64,000 nt of DNA from Alphaproteobacteria bacterium. GTDB lineage: Bacteria > Pseudomonadota > Alphaproteobacteria > GCA-2731375. The stretch is from contig CBDDPY010000002.1 in NCBI GenBank assembly GCA_965232515.1, positions 6,592,001 through 6,656,000 on the forward strand, in the 5' to 3' direction. Under the pieces are notes generated by a model. It made no database searches. It was given only the letters and a program-made list of their open reading frames with translations, and had not been told where the DNA came from. A program made the position numbers and the translations under genes. Positions 1-10,834 of this stretch are shown in pieces (the first letter of the stretch is position 1; every line of letters starts with the position of its first letter).

Positions 1-254
1 GCTTCGTGCAGCAGGTGGTGCCGGCGGGACGGGAGCTCGACCGCGCCGCCGAGATCGCCGGCAGGATCGTCGAGCAGGCGCCGCTCGCCGTGCGCGCCAC
101 GTTGCTCAACGCGCGGCGGGCCGTGGACGAAGGCCCCGCCGCCGCCATCGCCGAGTTCGACCCGGTCAACCGCCGCCTCTTCGAAAGCAACGACACCAAG
201 GAAGGCGTCGCCTCGTTCGTCGAGCGGCGCACGGCCAACTTTACGGGCAGCTAG
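1..254 (+). CDS. Enoyl-CoA hydratase/crotonase family protein, C-terminal part (truncated by window start)
   Basis: C-terminal APLAVRATL...EGVASFVERRTANFTGS is typical of crotonase superfamily ends. Confidence 0.85.
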   Translation, partial: FVQQVVPAGRELDRAAEIAGRIVEQAPLAVRATLLNARRAVDEGPAAAIAEFDPVNRRLFESNDTKEGVASFVERRTANFTGS

Positions 255-285
255 AAAGAAAGCCGGAGGTCCACTGGGAGGATCG

Positions 286-2136
286 ATGTCCAAACCGCCG
301 TTTCGCCATGTCGAGCTGATCGAGCCCACCGTCGCGCTGGAAGAGCGGCCGGACGGGTCGATGATCCTGCGCTCGGGCTATGACCTCGAGCCTTACGACG
401 ACAACATCCTGCAATACCTCGAACGCTGGGCCGGCGCCGCGCCGGACCGTGTCTTCCTGGCCCAGCGCGGGCCGGACCGGGCCTGGCGCGAGTTGACGTA
501 CGCGGACGCCTGGTCGCGCACCCGGGCCATCGCGCAGGCCCTGCTCGATCGCTCGTTCGGACCGGAGAAGCCGGTGATGATCCTCTCCGGCAACAGCATC
601 GAGCACGCGCTGATGTCGTTCGGCGCGATGCTGGCGGGCGCGCCCGTGGCCCCGGTCTCGGTCGCCTATTCGCTGCTCAGCAAAGATCACGGCAAGCTTC
701 GCCACGTCTTCTCGCTGGTCGAGCCCGCCATGATCTTCGTCCAGGCCGTCGGTCCGTTCACGCCGGCGCTGCAGGCTTTGGACGTCGACGGGGTCGAACT
801 GGTCGCGGCGGGCGAGGCGTCGAATGCGCTGCCCTCGACGCCGCTCACCGAACTGCTGGCCGCCGAGCCCGGCGCCGATGTTGACGCCGCCTACGGCCGC
901 CTCGGCCCCGACACGGTGGCGAAGTATCTCTTCACGTCGGGCTCGACGGGCATGCCGAAGGGCGTCATCAACACCCACCGCATGATGTGCGCCAATCAGC
1001 AGATGGCGCGGCAGGTCGCGCCGCCCGATCCCGACGTGCCGCCCGTGGTGGTGGACTGGCTGCCCTGGAACCACACCTTCGGCGGCAACATGAACGTCAA
1101 CGGCGTGATGTCGCTCGGCGGCACGCTGTATATCGACGCCGGCCGGCCGCTGCCCGGCATGTTCGAGGAGTCGCTGGCGAACCTGCGCGAGATCTCGCCG
1201 ACCTACTACGCCAACGTCCCGGCCGGCTTCGCCATGCTGGTGGCCGAGATGGAGCGCGATCCCGCGCTCGCCGAAACCTTCTTCAAGCGCCTGCAACGCC
1301 TCGGCTATGGCGGCGCCGCCCTGCCGCAGGAGCTGCACGACCGCATCCAGGACGTCGCCGTCAAGACCTGCGGCGAGCGCATCCTATTCTCCACCGGCTG
1401 GGGCGCCACGGAGACCGCGCCGACCGTGACCAGCACCTACTTCGAGACCGACCGTGTCGGTCTGCTGGGCCTGCCTTATCCCGGCGCCGAGCTGAAGCTG
1501 GTGCCCAACGGACCGAAGCTCGAGGTGCGCGTGCGCGGACCCATCGTCACACCCGGCTATCTGAAGCGTCCGGACCTGACGGCCGAGGCCTTCGACGAAG
1601 ACGGCTTCTACCGCATCGGCGACGCCGCCCGCTTCGTAGATCCGGAAGATCCGGTCAAGGGCCTGGTCTTCGACGGCCGCGTCGCCGAGGACTTCAAGCT
1701 GACGACCGGCACCTGGGTCAATGTCGGGCCTTTGCGGATCGCCGCGCTCAACGCCGCCGCGCCGCTGATTCAGGACGCGGTGGTCACCGGCCACGACCGG
1801 GAATTCATCGGTCTGCTGGCCTGGCCCAACGTCGCCGCCGCCAAGGAGATCTGCACCGATCCGGCCGGCAACGACTCGACCGAGGTGCTGCTCAATGCGC
1901 CCGAGGTCCGCGCCCATCTCAAGGCCGGGCTCGCGCAGCACAACGCCACGCATTCCGGTTCCAGCACCCGCATCGCCCGCGTCCTGTTGCTGGCCGAGCC
2001 GCCCAGCGTCGATGCCCACGAGATCACCGACAAGGGCTACATCAACCAGGCCGCCGTGCTGGCCCGCCGCGCTGACCTCGTCGACCGGCTCTATGCCGAT
2101 CCGCCGGCCGGCGACGTCATCGTCGTCGACGCCTGA
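286..2136 (+). CDS. fcs: Feruloyl-CoA synthetase-like AMP-binding enzyme, copy 1
   Basis: [51 protein letters not shown] motifs. Confidence 0.85.
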   Translation: MSKPPFRHVELIEPTVALEERPDGSMILRSGYDLEPYDDNILQYLERWAGAAPDRVFLAQRGPDRAWRELTYADAWSRTRAIAQALLDRSFGPEKPVMILSGNSIEHALMSFGAMLAGAPVAPVSVAYSLLSKDHGKLRHVFSLVEPAMIFVQAVGPFTPALQALDVDGVELVAAGEASNALPSTPLTELLAAEPGADVDAAYGRLGPDTVAKYLFTSGSTGMPKGVINTHRMMCANQQMARQVAPPDPDVPPVVVDWLPWNHTFGGNMNVNGVMSLGGTLYIDAGRPLPGMFEESLANLREISPTYYANVPAGFAMLVAEMERDPALAETFFKRLQRLGYGGAALPQELHDRIQDVAVKTCGERILFSTGWGATETAPTVTSTYFETDRVGLLGLPYPGAELKLVPNGPKLEVRVRGPIVTPGYLKRPDLTAEAFDEDGFYRIGDAARFVDPEDPVKGLVFDGRVAEDFKLTTGTWVNVGPLRIAALNAAAPLIQDAVVTGHDREFIGLLAWPNVAAAKEICTDPAGNDSTEVLLNAPEVRAHLKAGLAQHNATHSGSSTRIARVLLLAEPPSVDAHEITDKGYINQAAVLARRADLVDRLYADPPAGDVIVVDA

Positions 2137-2146
2137 GGCCGCCGCC

Positions 2147-3988
2147 ATGACCAAACCACCCTTCGCTCCGATCGACTTCGCGACGCCGGCCGTCGATATC
2201 GCGCGCCGCGCCGACGGCAGCATGATCCTGACCAACCCGGAACCGCTCGGTGACTATCCCCGCCATACCGGCGAGCTGCTGCGGCGCTGGGCCGAGGCCG
2301 CGCCGGACCGGACCTTCCTCGCCGAGCGCGCCGGCGACGACTGGCGCCGGCTGTCCTACGCCGACGCGCTGACGCAATCTGAGGCCGTCGCCCAGGGCCT
2401 GCTCGACCTTGGCCTGGGGCCCGAGCGGCCGCTGATGATCCTCTCCGGCAACAGCATCAACCAGGCGCTGGTGACGCTCGGTGCCATGCTGGCCGGCGTG
2501 CCCGTGGCGCCGGTCTCGCCGGCCTATTCGCTGATGAGCAGTGACTACGCCAAGGTGCGCCACATCTTCGAGCTGCTCTCGCCCGGTCTGATCTATGTCG
2601 AGCGCGGGTCCATGTTCGAGAAGGTACTGGCGAGCCTGCCGCTCGACGATGTCGCGGTCGTGGCCGCGGCCGATCCGCCGGCGGGCCTCGACGTCACCGC
2701 CCTCGACGCGCTGCTGGCCGCAACGCCCGGGCGTGCGCTCGCCGCGGCCGAGGCGCGCATCGAGCCCGACGACGCGGCGAAGATCCTGTTCACCTCGGGC
2801 TCCACCGGCATGCCTAAGGGCGTCGTCAACACACACCGCATGATGTGGGCGAACCAGCAGCAGGGCGTCCAGGTTTGGCCGTTCTATCTGGAGGAGCCGC
2901 CGGTGATGGTCGACTGGCTGCCCTGGAACCACACCTTCGGCAGCAACTTTAACTTCAACCACGTGCTCTATCTCGGCGGCAGCATGTATCTCGACGCTGG
3001 CAAGCCGACGCCCGACCTGATTGCCCAGACCGTGCGCAATCTGGCCGAGATCTCGCCCACCGAATACTGCAACGTGCCGATCGGCTTCAGCATGTTGCTG
3101 GACCATCTGGAGCGTGACGCTGACCTGCGCGCCACCTTCTACAAGCGCCTGAAGCTGATCTTCTATGCCGGCTCGGCGCTGCCGCAGGACCTGTGGGAGC
3201 GGCTCGACGCCGTGGCGATCGAGGCCACCGGCAAGCGCGTGCCGATGATCTCGGCCTGGGGCTCGACCGAAACAGCGCCGCTGGCGACGGCCGTGCATTG
3301 GCAGATCGAGAGCGCCGGCGTGATCGGCCTGCCGGTCCCGGGCGTCGAGCTGAAGATGCTGCCGAACGGCGACAAGCTGGAAATGCGGGTACGCGGACCG
3401 AACGTGATGCCGGGCTATCTCAACCGGCCCGACCTCACGGCCGATGCCTTCGACGACGAGGGCTTCTACAAGATCGGCGACGCCGGCCGCTTCGTCGATC
3501 CCGACGATCCCATCAAGGGCCTGGTCTTCGACGGCCGGGTCACCGAGGACTTCAAGCTCATCACCGGGACCTGGGTGCATGTCGGCGGCATCCGCGTCGC
3601 CGCGCTCGCCGCGGCCACGCCCGTGCTGCAGGACGCCGTCGTCGCCGGCCACGACCGCGACCGCATCGGCCTGCTCGCCTGGCCCAACGTCAACGCCTGC
3701 AAGGAGATCTGCACCGATCCGGCGGCGCATGCCTCGGTCGAGGCCCTGATCCGCTCGCCCGAGGTGATCGACCACCTGCGCCAGGGCATCGCCGCCTACA
3801 ACGCCAAACATCGCGGCTCCAGCACCCGCATTGCCCGCGTCCTGCTGATGGCCGAGCCGCCCAACATCGACGCCAACGAGATCACAGACAAGGGCTACAT
3901 CAACCAGCGCGCCACGCTGGACCGCCGGGCCGCCCTGGTCGAATGCCTGTTCGCCGATCCGCCGCCCGATGACGTCATCGAGATTTGA
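2147..3988 (+). CDS. fcs: Feruloyl-CoA synthetase-like AMP-binding enzyme, copy 2
   Basis: Same motif set as copy 1; ATG at 2147 (MTKPPF) parallels MSKPPF of copy 1 and lies 10 nt after its stop. Confidence 0.85.
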   Translation: MTKPPFAPIDFATPAVDIARRADGSMILTNPEPLGDYPRHTGELLRRWAEAAPDRTFLAERAGDDWRRLSYADALTQSEAVAQGLLDLGLGPERPLMILSGNSINQALVTLGAMLAGVPVAPVSPAYSLMSSDYAKVRHIFELLSPGLIYVERGSMFEKVLASLPLDDVAVVAAADPPAGLDVTALDALLAATPGRALAAAEARIEPDDAAKILFTSGSTGMPKGVVNTHRMMWANQQQGVQVWPFYLEEPPVMVDWLPWNHTFGSNFNFNHVLYLGGSMYLDAGKPTPDLIAQTVRNLAEISPTEYCNVPIGFSMLLDHLERDADLRATFYKRLKLIFYAGSALPQDLWERLDAVAIEATGKRVPMISAWGSTETAPLATAVHWQIESAGVIGLPVPGVELKMLPNGDKLEMRVRGPNVMPGYLNRPDLTADAFDDEGFYKIGDAGRFVDPDDPIKGLVFDGRVTEDFKLITGTWVHVGGIRVAALAAATPVLQDAVVAGHDRDRIGLLAWPNVNACKEICTDPAAHASVEALIRSPEVIDHLRQGIAAYNAKHRGSSTRIARVLLMAEPPNIDANEITDKGYINQRATLDRRAALVECLFADPPPDDVIEI

Positions 3989-4087
3989 GCTTGATTTCAT
4001 AAATCAATGGTTGTGTAAGAAAATGTTAGCCCCCGCGCGGCAGGCTAGGGCGCTCGGTCAACGGAGCGACCGATGCGGGGGACAGGC

Positions 4088-4912
4088 ATGAATGCGGGAC
4101 CGGCAAGCGAACTGAACACGCTGGAAGGCGAGATTCTCGCCCGCGGCACCATTGTCGCGGACGATGTGCTGCGCCTGCGCCGGACCGTCTATGCCGACGA
4201 CGGCGAGATCCACGAGCCCGAAGCCGACATGCTGTTCCGGCTGCACGACGCCACGGCCGGCAACGATCCGGTCTGGGACGGCTTCTTTGTCGAGGCGCTC
4301 ACCGATTTCTTCTTCTGGAAGGAGGGCGCCGACAGCGTCCTGGACGAGGAAACGGCGGCGCTGCTGATGGATCGCGTCGGCGCCGACGGCAAGGTGCTCG
4401 AGCCGACCGAGCTCAAGCTGCTGCTGAACGTCACCTTTCGCAGCAACGGCGCACCCGACGATTTCCAGCATTTCGTCATGGAGGCGGTGCGGGCGAGCGT
4501 ACTGAACAGCAGCACGTCGCTGTTCGGCCACGGCGAACGGATCCCGGGCGCCATTGACGCCGACGACGTCGAGGCGATCCGCAAGCTGATTTACGGCACC
4601 GGTGGCGAGGCCGGCATGGCGGTCGGTCGGGCCGAGGCGAACCTGCTGTTCGATCTGAACGACGCCACGGCCGAGGCTGACAACGCGCCGGAATGGCGCG
4701 TTCTGTTCGTCAAGGCGATTGCCAAGCATCTGCTCTATGCCGGCGAGTCGCCGACCGAGGTCGACGGCGCCGAGGCGCAATGGCTGATCGAGCATATCGG
4801 CGCCGACGGCATCGACAACGCCAACATCCGCGCGCTGCTCGCCTACCTGAAGCAGGAGGCCGAGGCCATCGCCCCGGCGCTGAGCGAGGTTTGCGCGCAG
4901 GCCGGCATCTAG
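4088..4912 (+). CDS. Acidic hypothetical protein with an internal tandem repeat (possibly TerB-like helical domains)
   Basis: Two related halves: DDVLRLRR..EADMLFRLHDAT..W..FFVEAL and DDVEAIRK..EANLLFDLNDAT..W..LFVKAI. Confidence 0.6.
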   Translation: MNAGPASELNTLEGEILARGTIVADDVLRLRRTVYADDGEIHEPEADMLFRLHDATAGNDPVWDGFFVEALTDFFFWKEGADSVLDEETAALLMDRVGADGKVLEPTELKLLLNVTFRSNGAPDDFQHFVMEAVRASVLNSSTSLFGHGERIPGAIDADDVEAIRKLIYGTGGEAGMAVGRAEANLLFDLNDATAEADNAPEWRVLFVKAIAKHLLYAGESPTEVDGAEAQWLIEHIGADGIDNANIRALLAYLKQEAEAIAPALSEVCAQAGI

Positions 4913-5052
4913 GCCGCGCGCGCCCGGCATCGCGCGCGGGCCGGGCAACACTATCGGTTGAGAATTTGCCGCCGTCGGGGTAGGGCCATCTTCCGGCAAC
5001 GCCGTTCGGATTTGGCCCCGCGCCCTGACCGACCGTGTGAAGGAGGGCCGTT

Positions 5053-5622
5053 ATGTTGAAGACCAAGCTTGTTTGTCTCATCGTCACCGTCGTCCTGTTC
5101 CTGTCCGTGCCGGGCATCGCGTCTGCCGCCGAAAACGACGACACCTTCAGCCAGGACGAGGTGCTGGGTGCCGCGGAACGGTTCTTCGACGGCGCCAGTG
5201 AGGGCCTGGCCGTCGTCGTCGAGAAGGTCTTCGCCGATATGGGCCAGCCGAACGCCTATATCGCCGGCGAGGAATTCAGCGGCGCCATCGGCGTCGGTCT
5301 GCGCTATGGCCGCGGCCAGCTCGTGCGCAAGCGCGGCGCCGGCCGCAAGGTCTTCTGGCAGGGCCCGTCCGTCGGCTTCGATTTCGGCGGCAACGCGTCC
5401 AAGACCTTCGTGCTCGTCTACAACCTCGACAGCACCGGCAGCCTGTTCCAGCGCTTTCCCGGCGTCGAGGGCACCTACTATTTCGTCGGCGGCGTCGGCG
5501 TGAACTACCAGCAGTCCGGCGACGTCGTGCTGGCCCCGATCCGGGTCGGCGTCGGCCTGCGCGGCGGCGTCAACATTGGCTATCTGCACTACACGCCCAA
5601 GCACTCGTGGCTGCCACTTTAG
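5053..5622 (+). CDS. eipA: EipA / DUF1134 family periplasmic protein
   Basis: Signal peptide; GQPNAYIAGEE, GLRYG, VFWQGPSVGFDFGG, PIRVGVGLRGGVNIGYLHYT motifs; RBS AAGGAG. Confidence 0.85.
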   Translation: MLKTKLVCLIVTVVLFLSVPGIASAAENDDTFSQDEVLGAAERFFDGASEGLAVVVEKVFADMGQPNAYIAGEEFSGAIGVGLRYGRGQLVRKRGAGRKVFWQGPSVGFDFGGNASKTFVLVYNLDSTGSLFQRFPGVEGTYYFVGGVGVNYQQSGDVVLAPIRVGVGLRGGVNIGYLHYTPKHSWLPL

Positions 5623-5727
5623 AACAGTTGGGCCGGTTTACCGTTCACATAGTGACAAAATTCACATCGACTCATCGCGACTGTTTGCTAAGCTAACGGC
5701 CTACGCAACAGGAACGGGTCCAACGAG

Positions 5728-7638
5728 ATGTTGTGTCCCCTGGAGCGTGTGCCGGACCGCGTCGGGAAATGGGGCTGGGTCTGCGCCACGCTGATCATGG
5801 CGGCTTTGGTCGTTTTCGCGGCCAGAACCGAGGCCGCGCAGCCCGACGGCATCGATTTCGGGCGCTACCGTGCACTGGTCATCGGCATCAACGATTATGC
5901 GAACCTGCCGAAGCTGGTCACGGCGGTGAACGACGCCAGCGCCATGCACGACGTGCTGCGCACCCGCTACGGCTTCGATTCCACGCTCCTGCTGAACCCG
6001 AAACGCTACGACCTGATCCGCGCGCTCGACCAGATGCGGGCCGAGCTCACCGAGAACGACAATCTGCTCATTTATTACGCCGGCCACGGCTTCCTCGATC
6101 CCCAGACCGACGACGGTTTCTGGCTGCCGGTCGACGCCGAGGAGAGCAGCACCGCCAACTGGATCGCGGTTGCCGACGTGACCCGGGCGCTGAAGGGCAT
6201 GACCGCCAAGCATGTCCTGATCATCGCCGACTCCTGCTATTCCGGCACCTTGACGCGCGACGTGCCCATCGTGGTCAAGACCGGCAGCGAGCGCCTGGCC
6301 GAGCTGAAGCGCCTGAACGAGAAGCGGGCGCGCAAGGCCATGACCTCGGGCGGGCTCGAGCCGGTAATGGACGGCGGCGGCGACGGCCACTCGGTCTTCA
6401 CCCGGGCGCTGCTCGAGAACCTGCGCGAGAACGGCGACATCCTCGACGGCTATCAGCTCTACGCCCAGCTGCGCCGCTCGGTGGTCGTCAATGCTCAGCA
6501 GACGCCGGAATATTCCGACATCCGCTTTGCCGGCGACGAGGGCGGCGAGTTCCTGTTCGTGCCTGTCGGCCTGCCGGCGCCCGTCGCGGCGACACCGGCG
6601 GCCGGGCCGAGCCCGGCGCCGTCGACCACCACATCGGGACCGAACCAGGCGGCCATGGATCTGGCCTTCTGGCAATCGATCCAGAACAGCGACCGGCCGG
6701 CCGATTTCGAGGCCTATCTGCAGCAGTTCCCAAACGGCACCTTCGCGGCGCTGGCCCGCAACCGCATGGCGGCATTGCAGACGCCCAAGGCGGAACCGAA
6801 GCCGGAAGCGCCGCCACCGGCGCCGCAGCAGCAGGCGGCGCTGACACCGCCCACGGCGCAACCCCCGGCGCCAGCACCCGCCCCGCAGCCCGAAGCCATT
6901 GCGGTCGACATGCTCGACGACACCTATGTGACCATGAAAAACGCGAATGTCCGTGGCGGGCCCGACAGCAGCGCCGATAAGCTGACGACCCTGCCCATGG
7001 GCACCGGTGTCGAGGTCACCGGCAAGGTCAAGGGCAAGAACTGGTACCGGGTCGCGCTGGCCGACGGGCGCACCGGCTACGTCTTCGCGCCGTTGCTGAC
7101 CGAGGCCGGCAGCGGACAGCAGCAGGCCATGGTCTCGGGCAGCGGCATCCGCGCCGTACCGGGCCGCGGCCAACGGGTGTTCCGCATCCAGCCCGTGGTT
7201 TATGACGGCCGGCAGGTCCGCGTCGCCCTCGACATTCTGCGCGCCGGCCTGTCCGGCCTGCCTAACAGCTTCGTGGTCACCGGCGACCGCGGCCAGGCCA
7301 ATCCCGGTGACACCGTCGTCTCGGCGCTGATCTCGCAGCTCAACGTCACGCGCGAACCGAATCCCGAATATACCGGGGCCGCGGTGGTGCGCTCGTTGTT
7401 CGGCAAGCTCGGCCAGACCATGACCGCCAACGTGCCGCAGTTCTTCTCGGTCTACCGGGCGTCGGTCGCCGTGCGTGCGCACGACCTCGCCACCGGCACC
7501 GTCACCAACGAGACCGCCAATGCCGAGATCAAGCTCGACGCAGATTTCCCGACCCGCGACGGCATCGAACTGGCCCTGCAACAGGCGCTGACCGAAGCCA
7601 CCCAGCGCCTCACCGCCCAGATCGGCTTTCAGCGCTAG
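5728..7638 (+). CDS. Secreted caspase-family (C14) protein with Pro/Ala linkers and bacterial SH3 domain
   Basis: ALVIGINDY, YYAGHG (His), IADSCYSG (Cys); FEAYLQQFPNG repeat; NVRGGP...WYRV...GYV SH3b; hydrophobic N-terminus; start codon uncertain. Confidence 0.8.
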   Translation: MLCPLERVPDRVGKWGWVCATLIMAALVVFAARTEAAQPDGIDFGRYRALVIGINDYANLPKLVTAVNDASAMHDVLRTRYGFDSTLLLNPKRYDLIRALDQMRAELTENDNLLIYYAGHGFLDPQTDDGFWLPVDAEESSTANWIAVADVTRALKGMTAKHVLIIADSCYSGTLTRDVPIVVKTGSERLAELKRLNEKRARKAMTSGGLEPVMDGGGDGHSVFTRALLENLRENGDILDGYQLYAQLRRSVVVNAQQTPEYSDIRFAGDEGGEFLFVPVGLPAPVAATPAAGPSPAPSTTTSGPNQAAMDLAFWQSIQNSDRPADFEAYLQQFPNGTFAALARNRMAALQTPKAEPKPEAPPPAPQQQAALTPPTAQPPAPAPAPQPEAIAVDMLDDTYVTMKNANVRGGPDSSADKLTTLPMGTGVEVTGKVKGKNWYRVALADGRTGYVFAPLLTEAGSGQQQAMVSGSGIRAVPGRGQRVFRIQPVVYDGRQVRVALDILRAGLSGLPNSFVVTGDRGQANPGDTVVSALISQLNVTREPNPEYTGAAVVRSLFGKLGQTMTANVPQFFSVYRASVAVRAHDLATGTVTNETANAEIKLDADFPTRDGIELALQQALTEATQRLTAQIGFQR

Positions 7639-7673
7639 GCATCGGCCATTGCGGCCAAACGGAACCTGATTGC

Positions 7674-7778
7674 CATCCTTCGAGACGCGGCGCTGCCGCT
7701 CCTCAGGATGAGGTCTGTCCTGATATCGGTTTCTTGCCTCATCCTGAGGAGGCCGCGCAGCGGCCGTCTCGAAGGATG
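7674..7778. repeat. REP/BIME-like inverted pair (CATCCTTCGAGAC...CCTCAGGATGAGG family)
   Basis: 7674-7713 and 7737-7778 are imperfect inverted copies between convergent genes. Confidence 0.8.
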
Positions 7779-7789
7779 CGCTATCGGTT

Positions 7790-8569
<780 letters not shown>

Positions 8570-8624
8570 GGCGGGGCACCCCCACATACAACGGCGGCCT
8601 TGCGACGCCGCCCGTGCGAGGCCC

Positions 8625-9755
8625 CTAAACGAAATACTGCTTCAGCGGCGCGAAGCCGTTGAAGCCGACGGACGAGTAGGTCGTGGTATAGGCTCCCGTC
8701 GCCAGAAATTCCACCTTGTCGCCGATTTCCAACGACAGCGGCATTTCATAGCCGGCGTTCTCGTACAGAATGTCGGCGCTGTCGCAGGTCGGACCGGCCA
8801 GCACCACCGGGCCCGTTGGCTCGCCGTCGCGCGGCGTCTGGACGCGGTACTTGATGGCCTCGCCCTCGGTCTCGGCCAGACCCCCGAAGCGGCCGACGTC
8901 GAGATAGACCCAGCGCCGTTCGTCGTCGTAGCTCTTCCGCGAGATCAGCACGACTTCCGACTGCAGCACGCCCGCGTCGCCCACCAGATAGCGGCCCGGC
9001 TCCACCGACATGGTCGGCAGCCGGTTGCCGAAATGCTTGGTCATGGCGTGCATGATCGCCTCGCCATAGGCGCCGATGCCGGCGACCTCGTCGCGATAGC
9101 GGGCCGGAAAGCCGCCGCCCAGATTGACGTTGCGCAAGGGCAGGCCGCGGTTCTCCAGCTCGTCCAGCAGCTCCGCCGTCATGCCGATGGCGCCGTCCCA
9201 CTGGTCCGCCCGGGTCTGCTGCGAGCCGACATGGAACGAGACGCCGTCGGGGATCAGACCCAGATCGGCGGCCTGCAGCAGCAGGTCGCGGGCCATGGTC
9301 AGGTCGCAGCCGAACTTCCGCGACAGCGGCCAGTCGGCGCCGGCATTGTCGACGAACAGCCGGCAGGTGACGCGCGAGTCGGGCGCGGCCTTGGCCAGCT
9401 TCTTCAGTTCGGCCTCGGCATCGAACGCGAACAGGTCGACGCCGGCGTCGTAGGCGTAGGCGATGTCGCGCTCTTTCTTGATCGTGCTGCCGAACGACAG
9501 CCGCGCCGGCGCCACATCCAATGACAGGCAGAGGTCGACCTCGGTCGTGCTGGCGACATCGAAGCTCGAGCCCAGATCGTTCAGCAGCCGCACGATCTCG
9601 GGCGCGGGGTTGGCCTTCACGGCATAGAAGATCTCGGCCAGCGGCAGGTGGTGGCGCAGCGCGCGATACTTTTCCGCCACCACGTCCAGGTCGACCACCA
9701 GGCACGGTGTCGGCGGCTGCTCCTCGTTTAGGAAACGGGCAATTTTCTCGGTCAT
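8625..9755 (-). CDS. Ornithine decarboxylase, type III PLP (alanine racemase fold)
   Basis: FYAVKANP (PLP Lys), SFHVGSQ, NLGGGFP, EPGR, AGPTCDS, GAYT. Confidence 0.9.
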   Translation of the reverse strand: MTEKIARFLNEEQPPTPCLVVDLDVVAEKYRALRHHLPLAEIFYAVKANPAPEIVRLLNDLGSSFDVASTTEVDLCLSLDVAPARLSFGSTIKKERDIAYAYDAGVDLFAFDAEAELKKLAKAAPDSRVTCRLFVDNAGADWPLSRKFGCDLTMARDLLLQAADLGLIPDGVSFHVGSQQTRADQWDGAIGMTAELLDELENRGLPLRNVNLGGGFPARYRDEVAGIGAYGEAIMHAMTKHFGNRLPTMSVEPGRYLVGDAGVLQSEVVLISRKSYDDERRWVYLDVGRFGGLAETEGEAIKYRVQTPRDGEPTGPVVLAGPTCDSADILYENAGYEMPLSLEIGDKVEFLATGAYTTTYSSVGFNGFAPLKQYFV

Positions 9756-9866
9756 CTCGGGACCCTTCGTGATCTCCCCGCGGACGGCATCTTGTCGGAC
9801 AGGCCGCGGCGGGGGTGTTGACGAAAAGCGGTTGCTCCGGGCGCGGTCGGCCCGTGGCGCCGGCGT

Positions 9867-10346
9867 CTAGACGACGCCCCGCTTGTGTTCGCTCACGATC
9901 ACGCGTCCCGGCTCGAATGCCTCGCGCAGCACCGGGATCGCCCGTTCCGGCTCGGCGTCGCCGCACATGAACACGTCAAGCGCCGCGTAGCCGCGTTCCG
10001 GCCAGGTATGGATGCTGATATGAGACTCGGCCAACACGGCGACGCCGGACACGCCGCCCTCGGGACTGAACTTATGCAAATGGATATGCAACAAGGTGGC
10101 CTTGGCGGCATCGACGGCCCGCCTCAGGGCCCTTTCGATCAGCTCGACATCGTCGAGCCCGTTCGCCTGCCACAGATCGACGATGAGGTGGCTGCCGGCA
10201 TAAACAAGACCATTTCGTTCGACGAAATGGTCGCTTTGTGTGGTACTGCCGACGGAACTCGGAAACTTTACGGCTGCAACCTCTGCTCGGGCGGTCATGG
10301 CCTCCGCTTCAGCATTCACCGCGATTTGGGGATGCGTCGTTGACAT
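9867..10346 (-). CDS. speD: Pyruvoyl-dependent S-adenosylmethionine decarboxylase proenzyme (class 1B SpeD family)
   Basis: GSHLIVDL, GVSGVAVLAESHISIHTWPE, DVFMCG; RBS GAGGGAG. Confidence 0.88.
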   Translation of the reverse strand: MSTTHPQIAVNAEAEAMTARAEVAAVKFPSSVGSTTQSDHFVERNGLVYAGSHLIVDLWQANGLDDVELIERALRRAVDAAKATLLHIHLHKFSPEGGVSGVAVLAESHISIHTWPERGYAALDVFMCGDAEPERAIPVLREAFEPGRVIVSEHKRGVV

Positions 10347-10648
10347 GGTGCAACTCCCTCAAACGCGCGTTGAACCCAAAGGGATAATCCCTCGTTGGTC
10401 TCTCTCCTGCTTCTTTCTCGGAAAGACGAAGGCGGCAATCTACGCATCGCGCCTCCGATTGCAACGGAAAATTGGGGCGCCGAAGCAAAAATCACGCAAG
10501 CTTCATAAAACTGTCATATTCGGCGGAGAATCGGCGGAAACCGGGGCTGAAACCGCGCTCTGATCCGCCGGACGATAAGACGCGATCAATGACACCGTGA
10601 TGTCAGGGCGAACGGCGCGAATTGGTCGCCCCTGTTCGCCACGCCGTC

Positions 10649-10715
10649 GTCATGCTGGCGAAGGCCAGCATCCACAATGGCGCCTGCAATGGACTCTGGC
10701 CTGCGCCAGAGTGAC
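10649..10715. repeat. REP-like inverted pair (GTCAT...TCCA family)
   Basis: GTCATGCTGGCGAAGGCCAGCATCCA (10649-10674) and TGGACTCTGGCCTGCGCCAGAGTGAC (10690-10715). Confidence 0.75.
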
Positions 10716-10773
10716 GCAACAGATCACTCCTCTCTAATCGCCATGGTAGGTTGCGACTCCGTCTCATCGATCA

Positions 10774-10830
10774 TTATTTCGATATTTCTAGAAATATCGT
10801 TGACAAAACCGGCCGAGCGGGATATCTATC
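10774..10830 (+). promoter_or_regulatory. ArsR operator 1 plus sigma70 promoter
   Basis: Perfect 20-bp palindrome CGATATTTCTAGAAATATCG (10780-10799) directly before TTGACA (10800-10805); candidate -10 TATCTA at 10823. Confidence 0.75.
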
Positions 10831-10834
10831 GTCC

